From assembly GCF_964355755.1 (NCBI RefSeq), contig NC_092671.1, forward strand, positions 37,706,304 through 37,770,303: a stretch of DNA of 64,000 bases, in the 5' to 3' direction. This stretch comes from Antedon mediterranea. Its lineage: Eukaryota; Animalia; Echinodermata. Of the stretch, positions 38,196 through 50,866 are shown in pieces. The notes beneath the pieces were generated by a model. It had not been told where the DNA came from. It did not search any database and was given only the letters and a program-made list of their open reading frames with translations. How positions within the stretch are numbered: position 1 is the first letter of the stretch; every line of letters begins with the position of its first letter. Position numbers and translations under genes: made by a program.

Positions 38196-38796
38196 CAAGC
38201 CACAACTCCACTCAATTTTTGTGTGTTTCTATATTTGTTAGTTAGCAGGATTACTCAACAACTTATTAAAGCATGGTTTCATAGCTGTATGGGAAGACGT
38301 GATTACATTTTCATATGATTATGCGCAAACCTCTGAGTGTACTTCTAGTTTATAAAGTGAACAAAAGCCTCCCTTCATTCTATACATCAAGGCAGGAAGA
38401 AGTCAAAGAAAAGGCATTGGCCACATTGTATAATCCAATCAGACTAATTCCTCCATGGATTGATAGTTAATCCATCAATTAATAGTTAAGCTATGGATTA
38501 ATAGGTAATCCATGGAAAAATTAATTTACTACAAAAAATACATATACAATAACTACAATAAAATCCGAAAAAATGATTACAACACATTGAAAGAAAAACC
38601 TGAAAAGGAAAGAAAAAAATGAAAACAGAGTGTCCTTAAAAGCATCTGGTTATTCTTAACGATACTTTTACTTTGTCATTGTTTTTGCGTTCATGCCTGC
38701 CTGTTTCTATAGTTTATTTAGACTCTACTGGTGCTTACCGGAGTTCATTAGGATGGGAGGCACCCAAGATCCTTTTTTTAAATTTGTTATTCAACC

Positions 38797-39175
38797 TTAT
38801 TTATAGAGGGTTACCCTAAACAGCGTGCGCTGACAATCAAGGGGCCCTCTTAGTGAGTTATGCTGTCTGTGTGTGACAGTTGCCGTGTGTACTAGTACTC
38901 CAAGGTAACCCTCTACTCCTCTTGAAAGATGTACTAGGTTCTTTAAAGTACACATGAGCCAGTTGTGTACACTGAACCTACAAGTCTTTATCCGAGAAGA
39001 CTCGTTATTTCCCATTCACATTTTATATATAGTATACTGTAGGGCCCTTTCACACATTTTCTTATCCGAGAAGACTTGCTCTTCAACCAGAACCATGGAG
39101 CGAGTGAGGATCGAACCCTTGCCGATGCTATGGCGAGGTATTACGGTTCCAATGTCTTAACCACTTGACCACTCA
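38797..39175 (-). mobile_element. Deu-domain-like tRNA SINE with an internal insertion
   Basis: Reverse strand A box TGGTCAAGTGG, B box GGTTCGATCC, Deu-like core. Confidence 0.7.
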
Positions 39176-39624
39176 ATCGCTACAAGATGAAAAGATTGAG
39201 ACTGGTGCTATAGAACTACATTTCACATTATAAGTTTAAACCATTAAGATTGGTGTTCATCATTTGCTGTTGATGTTCTGTCTTGCTAGAAAATGTCTAA
39301 TAGATTTCTATGCATACAGCTATCCTGATTATTTATGTAAACGAAATCAATTGTTAGTTTTGAATTTTTTAAGAAGATCCCTTTTTGATTTTTTATCTTT
39401 AAGACACCAAATCATCACATTGCTATTAATGTTTTAAGTGTATTCATTAAATTTGAATATCAAGACAATGAGCTTTCTTATATTACTTTAAAATTAGGTT
39501 TTTTCGTGTTAAAAAATAAATTTTCAATTGAAAATGAAAAACTATTATGCAACAATAAAAAGGCCTATTTGCCAACAAATCACTTTTTCAATATAATTTT
39601 AGGCTTAAAAAATATATATTTTTA

Positions 39625-39823
39625 ATTTATTTAATGTCTTTAGGCACACCTGGGCAAGGATTACCAATAGTAAATTAATCACTGTCCTATCAGATAGGTG
39701 GTAATCCCCCTTGTACAGGGGCTACTTGTGAACTAGTACACCGGGATACGTCTTGAATAATGAACTGGGTTCTTGTGCACACAGGTATATAACTGTACAA
39801 TTGACCTATGGTTTATAGTCCTT
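39625..39823 (-). mobile_element. 5'-truncated Deu-like SINE (tail type shared with 50518)
   Basis: GGATTACCAATAGTAAATTAATCACTGTCCTATCAGATAGGTGGTAATC shared with about 46800 and 50555. Confidence 0.7.
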
Positions 39824-40451
39824 ATTAATATTATATTATTAATTCTTTTCTGTTCAATTAATTCCACAAGTTTCTTTATTAAATAAATATATACAATTTT
39901 ATAAAATAAATTTCTATTACATGCATTCAAATACAGTATTTAAATTTTTTTAAAGATTTCAATATATCTTTAATTATTTGAAAAGAAAGAAAATTGAAAA
40001 TGCACATAATTTCATCACACTCACAGAGAAATAATAATTTGATTCTCTGTGGATGCCTGATTATTTATCATAGCCCCCTCTATAGTTGATTCATTATAAA
40101 TTGGGGGGGGGGGGGGGGTAGGATAGGGGTTGATAGTTGCTTTTGCCTTTTTTTACTTTTCTGTTAATTGTTATATTTTATATTGTGAAGGATGCACCTT
40201 TGTGCTAAGTGTGCCACCGATCTAAAGGTGTAATTCCAAATAAATAAATAAATATTCAACTTTGAAAGTCAAGTGTTATTCACTTCAATAGAAACATACA
40301 CATTAGTTTATAGCATGTATTACATAATAGTTGTTGAGGAATGTAAACAATCTTTTTTTTTCATTTATGTTCTTTGTCACTAAAGGTATGTCCGGTGAAT
40401 TACACATGATTTACTGCAGATTAAACTAACTAGATATTTTATGATGTCTAA

Positions 40452-40583
40452 AGCTCTGTTTACACTATCGTGACAATAAAAATGTGATGTGCCGATATAT
40501 GGGAATATTTGGGAATATCACTACCATATTTGGGCACATCACACTTTTTTTTTGTCAAACTAGTTTGATAATGTGGACAGAGC
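40452..40583 (+). mobile_element. MITE family A copy (degenerate)
   Basis: TAA|AGCTCTGTTTACACTATC ... GTGGACAGAGC. Confidence 0.8.
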
Positions 40584-41061
40584 ATTGCGAAATAATGATA
40601 TAATGTCAAATTCTTGAGAATGATATGTCAAATTCACGAGAATGAATATAACATCAAATTTAAGAGAATGATAACGTTAAATTCTCAATACAGTGTGTCT
40701 CAGCTATCCTTGTTTTATTAAAATAAATGTATATTTAGGTTAAAATGCTAATTTATAAAGAAATATATTAAGCTATTTGAAAACATGTGTTCATTTAAAT
40801 TATTTATTAATTTGGCATACATGATTTATGGTACACCATTTGTATATTTTGTTCTTTATTGTTTATTTCAAAATGAACCAGTTTTTTTTATGTATACATT
40901 CAACTTTTAAATGTTACTTATGTTGAGATTTAAAGAAGTATTAATATTATCAATTGGTTGTATCAATAACTGCTTGTGAGAGTGGCTATGTTTCCATGTT
41001 TTGAACAATTTAAATTTAATTTTGAAAAGAATTAAGTTAAACACTATAATAGATAATATAA

Positions 41062-41464
41062 CATTATAAGCGGAGGTCCAATAGCTTGTTTAGAGAGCTC
41101 CCATTGCCATGTTTCTACACACTCAGCACACCAACTTTTTTTGATAGCTACTACCCTTAGACACAATTATCATGAGGTGTGCCGTTGCAAATTTACTGCG
41201 GCCATCTTGAAATCCAAGATGGCGGAAAAAATGGCCGCCATTTTATAGTGATGCACTTTATTGTTCATAACTTAATAAATATTTGATGTATTTTGTTGAC
41301 ATTAATGTTGATTAATATCTAATTACATTATCTATTCAATAACATATTTTTATTTCAACTTTATTGAAATTAAATTACTTTTTTTAAGCAAAAATGCAGA
41401 ATTTTTGCAAAAAAAATCAGCAAAATCTGTGATCATTTTGGCACTTGGACCTCCGCTTATTATG
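41062..41464. mobile_element. MITE with 20-bp TIR and CAT..ATG termini (possibly P superfamily)
   Basis: CATTATAAGCGGAGGTCCAA / TTGGACCTCCGCTTATTATG (19/20); flanks TAATATAA and TAAACTAA (6/8). Confidence 0.7.
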
Positions 41465-41775
41465 TAAACTAATTTTAATGTAGACAAAACCAAACCAATA
41501 AAATAAAAACAACGACGATCATATTTAGTTTAAAACTGATTCAAAGTGATGTTCATTTATATATATACTACTACATTACAATCATAATATAGTTTTATGA
41601 TACATGTATACAGGTTTATGTTCCAAATCTTATTTATCATTTGTCAAATAATATTATCATTTAATATTTAACATTGCCAAAAGAACTGCATTCGGTTCAT
41701 GTGTTGACATGGTATGTCAACTGCCATCTGTATTTAACAAGTAGACAAATAGATTCAAACACATTGGCAGAGTAT

Positions 41776-42066
41776 ATATCAAGTATTATAGGTGATTTGT
41801 GTATACACATATACATCTACTGGTTTTATTCTTAGAACATCAGAAATACATTACATACAAGAGAACTATAATGAAGTAGATAGTTTTGATTTTTGTCATG
41901 ATTTCTGTGACAATTGCATACGTTCAAACACAGTATATCAAGTATTATAGGTGATTTGTGTATGTACATTATATCTACTCGTTTCTTAGAAGATCGAACA
42001 TCAGAAATACATTACATACAAGAGGACTATAAGAAGCAGTTTTGATTTTTGTCATGATTTCTGTGA
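41776..42066. repeat. About 155-bp tandem duplication
   Basis: TATATCAAGTATTATAGGTGATTTGTGTAT...GTTTTGATTTTTGTCATGATTTCTGTGA occurs twice. Confidence 0.85.
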
Positions 42067-43073
42067 TAATTCAATAGTTGTCGTCATTGCATTTTTGTTG
42101 AAACAATATTCAATGATTCATTATTTGATTAATTTATGTAATTAATCAATATGTAATAGAACTAATTTGATTTAGAGGTTTCCTAACTTGCGTATAGATA
42201 TCCAGTAACATGGTGTGCTAGCCTTGGATGTCATTTTCATAAGTATTTATTCTGTGTTTGTATTGCATAATATAAAAACAATCGCTATTCTGCTACTCTC
42301 TGGTGGATCACTCCGTAGAATAAGTTATGAGCAGAATGCTCTGAAAGGTTAGCTATCAAATATAACTGCACGATGTTGTCATAGGATGAGATATTTTATC
42401 AACGTTTGAATTGTTCTTGTTGCCAGCCTGCTTTTCATTCCCGATTCTTTAGGGAAAAAGATTATTTTATACCGTGATTATGCTATGATATTTTCATTCG
42501 TTTTCTACGTGAAGCAATTTGTTTTAGCCAGTGGATTCGATCAGAATCTTTCCAGTTAGATATAAGATATTTTGAATGGCCCACATGTGGGCTATAACTC
42601 GTTGACAGGTTGAACATTACACGCAAGTAAAGTGGATGAACAACTAAAAAAAAAGCAGAATTGTTGTGTGCCTACTGATTGGATATTATTATGACACACA
42701 TAAAGCTTTTTGTGTTATAATCAAACTCTTTACAATAGTAGAAGGCTTTTATGACTGTAATTATAGCCTAGCCTCAGTGTTGTAACCACTGCATTGTTAG
42801 GATTATGAGCATATACTGAGCGTTGACTGGTAGACAGAATTTGTTTACTTTTTGATTAATAAACTTTCACACAGAGTTACATAACAGCCTGTTGTTACGT
42901 CTGTGATTTGTGTATCCAATACAGTGTACATCGTATCGATCAAAAACAAACACACGTTAGATTTACTCCTGGGACAAGTGTGAAGAAAAGCTCTAAAGCT
43001 GTTCCCCTGGACGAATTAAGTAAATAGGAAGTTAATTATTTTTACTGAATGAGTGAGCAAGAGAAGATTAGCT

Positions 43074-43127
43074 ATGGATAACGTGTCGAATATTTCAGAT
43101 TCATTGGTTGAGGAAGATGATGAGAAG
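43074..43127 (+). CDS. Candidate alternative first coding exon, acidic peptide (phase 0)
   Basis: GCT-ATG-G; MDNVSNISDSLVEEDDEK then AAG|GTAAGC; 54 nt. Confidence 0.55.
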
Positions 43128-43422
43128 GTAAGCAATTCAATCATCATCGTTGCAAAGTAATGTCCGTTAAAAAACACAAGATACTTGTGATTTTGTCTAT
43201 TGATTTTTAAGATGATTAACAACCTGTATAGCTTCTTGTGCTCCATCTCATTACAATTGTTTTGCATATTTATTTACACGCTGGAGCTAACGGTATTTAA
43301 CGGTTTACCGTGCTTCTTTAACGTCCAATCATAAAGTTGAATTGCTGTTGAAGTCTGTTCACAGATTTAGTGCCTGAAATGTTTATGCTTGAAGAACGAC
43401 AGGTTGGTTTTTTGTCTATTAG

Positions 43423-43552
43423 ATTGACCGCTGCCGCTGCAGCCGTGGTTGTACAAATTGACCGCCACTGCAGCCACGGTTGTACAAAAATTACCGTCAC
43501 TGCAGCCACGGTTGTACAAATTGACCGCCACTGCAGCTACTGTTGTACAAAT
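43423..43552. repeat. About 31-bp minisatellite x4
   Basis: ATTGACCGCCACTGCAGCCACGGTTGTACAA. Confidence 0.9.
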
Positions 43553-44542
43553 TTCTTATTATTTAATACTTATTTAACAACATAAGAGAAAATTTTGTTT
43601 TGGTTTTTTTATTGTGTTTGCAAGGAAACATTATTTTTGATAATGGTAATATAGTTTTTAAACTATCTAGTATTTCACTTAATTTTTTTTTATAAATTTA
43701 TATTAAGTCAGCCTATTAGCCATGGTTGTACACATTTATAATTATTGAATATCCTATTTATCAACCTAAGGGACAATTTTGTTTAGATTTGTGTTTGCAA
43801 GAAAACATTATTTTGGATATATGTAATATAGTTTTTAGACTATACTAATATTTTTGTTTTATTTTTGATGAAATATTTTGTACATATCCTTAGTTTTATG
43901 GAATAAATAAATTTTGATTGATTGATTATAATGTTATATTAAGTCAGCCTTTTTATGTAGTAGGTACAGTAGCACACACATAATCTAAGCACTGTGTTTT
44001 TTAAGAGGGTGCATGGTTGTAATGTACCCCTTCCAACCCCCTCATTTAATCGCTTGATTCTGCTTACAAAAGCCTGGTAGCTTATATCTGTTCTGCTATA
44101 TTGCACAATCAAACAAGCATACCATCCAATTAGTTCTACCAAATATTTGTTTGCTATTATACAGATTTTTTCAAAATCAGCAATTCAGTATTTCATCGGT
44201 ATCGTCATATAATATTGCGTTTGAAGCTCACCGAATCATAACGCCCATGAGAGATTAATATACAGCAGTTAAAAGTTAATTACCTTGACTTTTTTTTACC
44301 GCTTTATATATTGGCTTGATTAAAATCTTTTGAGTAGATTAAAATTCACGCTTCCATTCAATATTGCTTAGCAATAAAGAACATTAGTGTCATTATATCT
44401 TCCTGAATAAAATTATTTATTAAAAAAAAACTTACTAGTAACTAAAAATGAAAATATTAACATTTCAATATAAAGTATGATGATAATATTGTATATTACA
44501 ATCTTAACATTGCTACTTGTCTATTATTTTGTTACTATATTA

Positions 44543-45328
44543 CCGTAGTTCCTCGGGTATAATCCCACCTCGAGTATAATCCCACCCCGACTTTACGATT
44601 ACCTTCGCACGCAAGCATATCCCCGGGCAAAGTCCCAGTGTATAATTTATCATTAGGACAGAGGTAGGCCTAGCCAGCTAGGCCGACGTCGATTTTTTTA
44701 AAAGAAATTCTCACCAAAAAATAGAGTAATTTCTCTGAATTCGGCTGACTTAAACTCATCAAACATTGGCCATCGTAAAGTACCACCTTAATATCATCGC
44801 CCCGATCTTCGCGTTCTGCACATCATGCATTCGCCGCACACTCGCTCGCCGTGTACATTCTGCCTTGTTTACACTACTACTGCATGCTTGATTACCATAA
44901 AAAAACACCGCCCTCTATACCGACCGGAGCAGTACTGTAGTTCGTGTCACAACATGCAACAACATGCGATTTGCACAGCTCGAGCGTGGGGAATCGGGAG
45001 AGACGGAGAACTCGTATGAGTTCATGTCGATATTATTTTGGAAGCCAGGCCTAGATCACATTTTAGGGTATTTTTTAAGTAGAAATCTGGGAGAAAATCT
45101 ATACAGTAGGCATAGACCAATTAGGCCGCCTAGGCCTAGATGACCTGGCAGTCTAAAATGTCTAGGCCTAAATCGGAATATAGCTTTAGATAGCCTAAAT
45201 CGTAGCCAGAAGAAATATTATTGTCATTTTCAGTTCATGTACCGGGAAATCCCCGGGTATAGTCCCACCTCCCAAATTCGGGCAAATTTCACGTACAAGG
45301 GGGTGGGATTATACCCGGGGAACTACGG
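44543..45328. mobile_element. Tc1/mariner-superfamily non-autonomous element
   Basis: TA|CCGTAGTTCCTCGGGTATAATCCCACC ... GGTGGGATTATACCCGGGGAACTACGG|TA; subterminal GTATA(A/G)TCCCACC repeats; CpG-rich interior without a long ORF. Confidence 0.88.
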
Positions 45329-45435
45329 TATATCAATTATAGTTTATATTAGTACATAATTTTGTGATTGTAATTCTTAAACCCTGTATAATGAAGAAAT
45401 ATATTTTCAAATACAGTATTGGAATATTATTTCAA

Positions 45436-45713
45436 AAGTCTTGTCTACACTACCAAACTTTATGTGACAAAATGTGATGTGCCCATAATATGGACAGGAT
45501 GATGTCATATCACTACCATATTTGGGTATATCACTACCATATTTGGGTATCACTATCATATTTGGGTATATCACTACCATATTTGGGTATATCACTTCCA
45601 TATTTGGGTATATCACTACCATATTTGGGTATATCACTACCATATTTGGGTATATCACTACCATATTTGGGTATATCACTACCATATTTGGGCACATGTG
45701 TGAAGACAGAGCT
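45436..45713 (+). mobile_element. MITE family A copy with 9 x 21-bp units
   Basis: ATATCACTACCATATTTGGGT array at 45507-45693 between the TIRs. Confidence 0.88.
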
Positions 45714-45779
45714 TAATATCGTGTTGTGTAAAGGAATGTATTTTCTATCTTCTATAAATCTTATTATCTTCTGTGAGCT

Positions 45780-46365
45780 GATAATACTGTATTATATGTA
45801 AATTATTGCCATAAAGATTATAGTAGAGCTTTGAATGCTAAACTGTAGTATTTTATTTTTTTATCATTCATTTCAGATTTCATTTGTATTCTGTAGAAAA
45901 ATGTAAATAATATATTCACATTCCATACTCTTCTAATCTTATTGTCCTATCTTCCTAAAGACAAGATACTGTATATGTAAATTATTTTCATAAGGATTAT
46001 GGTAGAGTTTTAATACTAAACTGTAGTACTGTATTTAGCATTCATTTAAGATTTTAGAAAAATGTAAATAATATAATATTCACATTCCATACTCTTTTAA
46101 TCTTTTTATTATCCCATCTTCCTAAAGACAAGATACTATATATGTAAATTATTTCTATAAAGATGATAGAGTTTTAATACTAAACTGTAATATTTAGCAT
46201 TCATTTAAGATTTTAGAAAAATGTAAATATAATATTCACATTTCTATACTCTTCTAATATTTTTATTGTCCTATCTTTGTAAAAAAAATGTTAATGTATA
46301 TGGAAATTATTTCAATATACATTATGGTGTAGAACTGTCGTATTTATCGTTCATTTCAGATTTTA
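45780..46365. repeat. About 125-170 bp degenerate tandem repeat, about 4 units
   Basis: TATGTAAATTATT..TAAACTGTAG..CATTCATTT..AGAAAAATGTAAATA..ATTCACATTCCATACTC recurs. Confidence 0.8.
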
Positions 46366-46769
46366 GTATGAGACAGAACATTGCAAATATGCAGTTTGGT
46401 TGTACACTCAATGTTGTTGAGATTTCAAGCGTTTCACTGTTTGATTTAACGTAATGTTTGAATAGGTAAAACAGGCAAGAACCCCAGGGAAAGTTCTTTT
46501 GTCCTCTCTCTAATGACACTCCAGCTAAGAGGTGACAATGGCTACAATAAGTTAGCATTTATCACCTATTTAAAAAATGTGAATATTATAGATTGAAAAT
46601 TGTGGAAATAGTGTCAATTTATTTTCTCACTATTGTTAAACACTATAAATCAATGTACATTAGAGAGGGGAGGAGGTAGTCAGTGGTTAGGAAAGGGTGT
46701 TTACACCGAGAACCATACCATCATGAAAATTACTCCAAATTACAAGTTTTTAATTTATTTCAAAAAATT

Positions 46770-46862
46770 ATTTTATGTTTTTAGGCAGTGTGGCCAAGGA
46801 TTACCAATAGTAAATTAATCACTGTCCTATCAGATAGGTGGTAATCCCCCTGATACAGGGGG
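46770..46862 (-). mobile_element. 3' tail fragment of the Deu-like SINE or its partner LINE
   Basis: Matches 50530-50600 and 39640-39720. Confidence 0.7.
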
Positions 46863-47376
46863 TTATTTTACTTAACCCAGGTGTCGGCCAGTAAAGGTAT
46901 GCAGTGAGTTACTTGGTCAGTTGAGGAAAGTCTTCAAAAGAATTGGATTAAAAAGGATACAATTGATGCCAACATTTAGAATTTTGTAACTGGTTTTATT
47001 TTTTATATCCAGGCACATATAGCATACAAAGCATAAGCTATAGAGTTATTGTCAGGCAAATTAGATACAAAGTCAGCCAGTTATAAAGTACAAAAAGGAT
47101 GGTATCAAAACAATTTCATGCTTCAGAAAACATAAAAAGAACTTTAAAATAGTATTTTAAACAATTTTTGTTCTTTCATTTTATATAAAATGAAATATAA
47201 TTAATTTATATTGTTTTACCATATATGGGAAATATTATATAAAATAGTTAAATAAAATATATTAAATTTCCTGCTAGTTTTGGCCATTTTAGAAGGTCAA
47301 ACGTAAAAGTTTTTTGGCAGTATACAATGAGATTTATTATCGACTCACACTGTATTAAAAATAGACAAAACAGGAA

Positions 47377-47421
47377 ATGGCTTCCGAACCTAAAAATTCA
47401 AGTTGTCTTCAGCGAACCATG
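47377..47421 (+). CDS. Candidate alternative first coding exon (phase 0)
   Basis: GAA-ATG-G; MASEPKNSSCLQRTM then ATG|GTATGT; 45 nt. Confidence 0.5.
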
Positions 47422-47640
47422 GTATGTTATTGTTGTTGTTATTCTTATATTAAACCTCTAATGTAATATTTATATAATTTAGTTATTGAGCTGTTGTGTT
47501 TAAGAATATAATACCCAAGTTACATTGAAACATTCTATGAGTTGGGTGTGTGATAGCAATTATGTAGGTACCTAATTGTATTACCCTGCAAACTAAAGTT
47601 GTGTTTGTGTCACTCAAAAGTAAAATTGCAACATAACTTT

Positions 47641-47860
47641 TAGTGGAGCGGTAGATTGGTGGTCAATGTGCTTGCCTTCCAATCCCAAGGTCCGGGGTTC
47701 AGTCCTGACCTAGTGCCAGGGTTGTAACGCACGACCCTTTCAACTCCACTTCCTAAGCCTTAAATGAGACTTAGTTTATAAGCACGATAAATTATTAAAT
47801 AGTTTATCCATCCTGTAATTGGCGAGTTTGTGCTGTGTTGGATGCGTATGAAAAAAAAAA
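47641..47860 (+). mobile_element. tRNA-Gly-derived SINE
   Basis: Homologous to 23057-23270; poly-A tail at 47851. Confidence 0.8.
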
Positions 47861-49194
47861 CCTCAACAAAAACACAGAGTAAATTCTTCTGAGAATATTT
47901 CATCAACATTCCCCGCTACCCCTCCCATTTTATTTTATTTTATTCATTTTGGCAATAGACATGAAGTAATAATTACAAAACATTAATACATTATGACTGC
48001 AGAGGTTGTCATACAATGGCTATAATATGTTAAATCTCCTTGTTTTTTTTTAATACGTTGTTATTGTATTGAAGAAAACAACATTTATATATTAAAATTC
48101 TAATTTTTTTTTAACCTCAGAAAGTGTACAAATCTAGAAGCATCATATTAAACTGGGAAATTGTCATACTGATTTTTAAAAATTTTTTTACTTAATTGTT
48201 GGCTTTCATAGTTTTAAGTTTCTTTTCTATGACTTGGATGATTAGGGTTAACATTTATTTTATCGGTAAACTAGCTTATTATAAGACACACTTAGTATTA
48301 AAGATATATCATATCAAGAATAATAATAATGTTCAATTTATATAGCGCAAAATGCAGTGCACCTCAAACGCCTCTGAACAATCGACAGAAAATTTAAAAA
48401 GCACAAAATTAAGAATTATTAGTTTGTGTATGAATAACCAAATATTTTTATTTAAAATCTTTTGCAATTATTATTTTTTTTTAAATTTTTTTGCAATGAA
48501 CACTAGATTATAGACAACACAATAAAAAAATTGATACCTGTATCCATTTTATTCATTTAGTTATGCAAATCAAATTTCAATTTTAATAAAAATTCTTAAA
48601 ATTGTGAAAAATAATACTAGCTAAGACTACTACTACCTACTATAAAATGCATTTCTTGCACACTAAATCATCATTATTGTGTTCATGTCAAAGATATTAG
48701 AAATTGAAAGATGAAAATCTAAAATTAGGCTGATGTCAAGTTTTAGGTTTCCCGAATTTATTATATTATTTGAAAGACGATCGGTGGTATTCAATTGCCG
48801 TTGATGTGTACTGCTTGCGGATCCACTTGGCTCTTCGTCGTCGTACATGTTTCTGCAAATTTAGTCCTCGGGTTTCTGTTAATTATATCTCTTCTGTTTG
48901 TTTTTTTGGGTTATGTTTCAAAATCATAATCAGTTGATAAAGGCCATCCATTTTCTCATTATTTCAAATGGGAAATTTGTTGAAGTCAATTTCAAAACTT
49001 AATTCGCATAAGATAAGAACGATTTCTTCAGTGATAAGACTTGGTATATGGATTTTTAGTCGAAGATTCAAGTTTGTTTTTAACGTCATTGGTTTTATAC
49101 TGTAAAAGCATAACGTAATTATTGAATTAGGATCAACTTGATGTTTTAAATATATCATTACTTTAAAATAATTTACTTTGTGAAAAACATTGTT

Positions 49195-49740
49195 TATATA
49201 AAATTCTGTACACTATATATATATTATAAAAATCTAATGACAAAAAAGATCAACATATTCAAATTTATTTTAAAGTTATATCGTAAACATCTCTTAATTA
49301 ATGACAATTTATTTAATATTTGTAATCCACAACGTGTTACTCGTAGCTCTTGTTCTGTTGGTACTCTTTTTGATATTCGTCGCTGCAGAACTGAATCTTC
49401 TTTTCAATCATATATCCCACGTGTTACCAGAATTTGGAATAACTTACCCAGTGAAATCCGCAACTTAAATATTTCTGTTAGTTCTTTTAAAACCAAATTA
49501 CTTAATTATCTCAATATTTATTTTTTAAATAATTTTGATATTGAAAATGTGTGTAGTTGGTCGCTTTCTTGTCGATGCTTTTATTGTAGAACGTAATTTA
49601 TTTATTTTTCTCTGTTCTGGGTTGACCAACTAGCATAGGTGTTTAGCACCTGTTTGGTCTCTCCGTGCCTCCTTTTATAATTGTTTTGTCTTCTTTATTT
49701 ATGTATATGGCAGAAATTGAATAAATAAAAAAAAAATTAA
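49195..49740 (+). mobile_element. 5'-truncated CR1/L2-group LINE 3' end
   Basis: TRSS...RRCRTESSFQSYIPRVTRIWNNLPSEIR...SSFKTKL, stop at 49596, UTR hairpin TAGGTG..CACCT, AATAAATA-An tail. Confidence 0.78.
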
Positions 49741-50273
49741 AAAAATTTATTAACTTGATTTATTTAACCATAGTAGATTCACTACAATGTCTTCAATAAA
49801 ACTGTAAAATGCAAATACATATATATGTTTTAGTGAATTTCTATGGCATCCGGAATTGAGTATCCTAGCAAAATGTCCGAGTTTACACATGATGTGAAAA
49901 GAATTATTTATCATGATCGCTGCAAGCTATAAATTTAAAAATTTAATTATTTTTTTAGTTTAAAACTTTAAAAAAAAATAACATACAGGTATATATATAT
50001 ATATATATCTGTCGGAAATAATAGTTCTTTGATGTCAGATTTTTCTCATTCTATCAAAATCTCATTATTTTGTTTTTTCTTAATGATAATCCACAAAGTA
50101 ATTACAAACAAATAATGTGTTATATCCAAAGAAACTTGAACTGTCAATATTCCTTACTGAATATATTTTAGTTTTTACAATTAACTTCTGCAGAATTATA
50201 TATATTCTTTACCCACATGTACATAATGGCAGAAGTAGCGATGCATTAAATTAAAGTAATTTTTTGTTAATAA

Positions 50274-50411
50274 AGCTCTGTCTACACTATCAAACTTTAT
50301 GTGATGTGCCCATATATGGACATGATGATGTCCTATCACTACCATATTTAGGCAAATCACTACCATATTTGAGTACATCACACTTTTTTGTTTGATAGTG
50401 TGAACAGAGCT
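50274..50411 (+). mobile_element. MITE family A copy
   Basis: TAA|AGCTCTGTCTACAC ... ACAGAGCT|TTA. Confidence 0.85.
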
Positions 50412-50517
50412 TTAAGGTTAAACAAAACTTTATGAATACAATTGCATATCAATATTACATAAATATTATATAACTAGATAAAGGTTTGTTTTAAATTTAA
50501 TTCAATCATTATACAGT

Positions 50518-50866
50518 TTTATTTTATTTTATGTCTTTAGGCAATGTGGCCAAGGATTACCAATAGTGAATTAATCACTGTCCTATCAGATAGGTGGTAA
50601 TCAATAATAATGGTGATACAGGGGCTATTGTGTGAACCAGTTCACCGGGGTAACCCCTACTCTTTTTCGAATAATGAACTGGGTTCTTTAAAGTACACAC
50701 AGGTTATAACTGTGTACACTGGACCTACGGTTTATAGTCCTTATCCGAGAAGACTTGTTCCACCACCAGAACTAGGAGCGAGTCGGCCTCGAACCCTTGC
50801 CGATGTTGTTGTTGGCTCTTTAGGTACGGTAAACGGCGCCCCTGCCTTAACCGCTCGGCCATATGA
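50518..50866 (-). mobile_element. Deu-domain-like tRNA SINE, full length
   Basis: Reverse strand: TGGCCGAGCGG (A box), GGTTCGAGGCC (B box), GTCTTCTCGGATAAGGACTATAAACCGTAGGTCC..TTTAAAGAACCC..AAGAGTAGGGTTACCCCGGTG, (AAAAT)n tail. Confidence 0.8.

Larger units (their letters stand above)
37241..38350 (+). mobile_element. Helentron/HINE-like element interrupted by nested insertions
   Basis: 5' GTTACCTCCGCC..GAGGTTA..GTGTGTTT resumes at 38221 as GTGTGTTT..GTTAGCAGGATTACTCAA and ends CTCTGAGTGTACTTCTAGTT. Confidence 0.5.

Noticed and set aside
38454-38514. CATGGATT..AATCCATG palindromes as a fifth P-like footprint
   Set aside because: No flanking 7-8 bp duplication (ATTCCTC vs GAAAAAT)
45507-45693. 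CRISPR-like appearance of short repeats (also 10967, 14427, 27825, 32085, 59810)
   Set aside because: Head-to-tail units with no unique spacers, no cas genes, eukaryotic context
45407-45801. ORFs with ISLPYLG / PNMVVIY / YHYHIW repeats (also 6000-6325)
   Set aside because: Stop-free translations of the 21-bp MITE minisatellite
48663-49158. Minus-strand ORFs (MYDDEEPSGS.., MIYLKHQVDP..)
   Set aside because: No recognisable domain or splice structure; possibly decayed TE coding sequence
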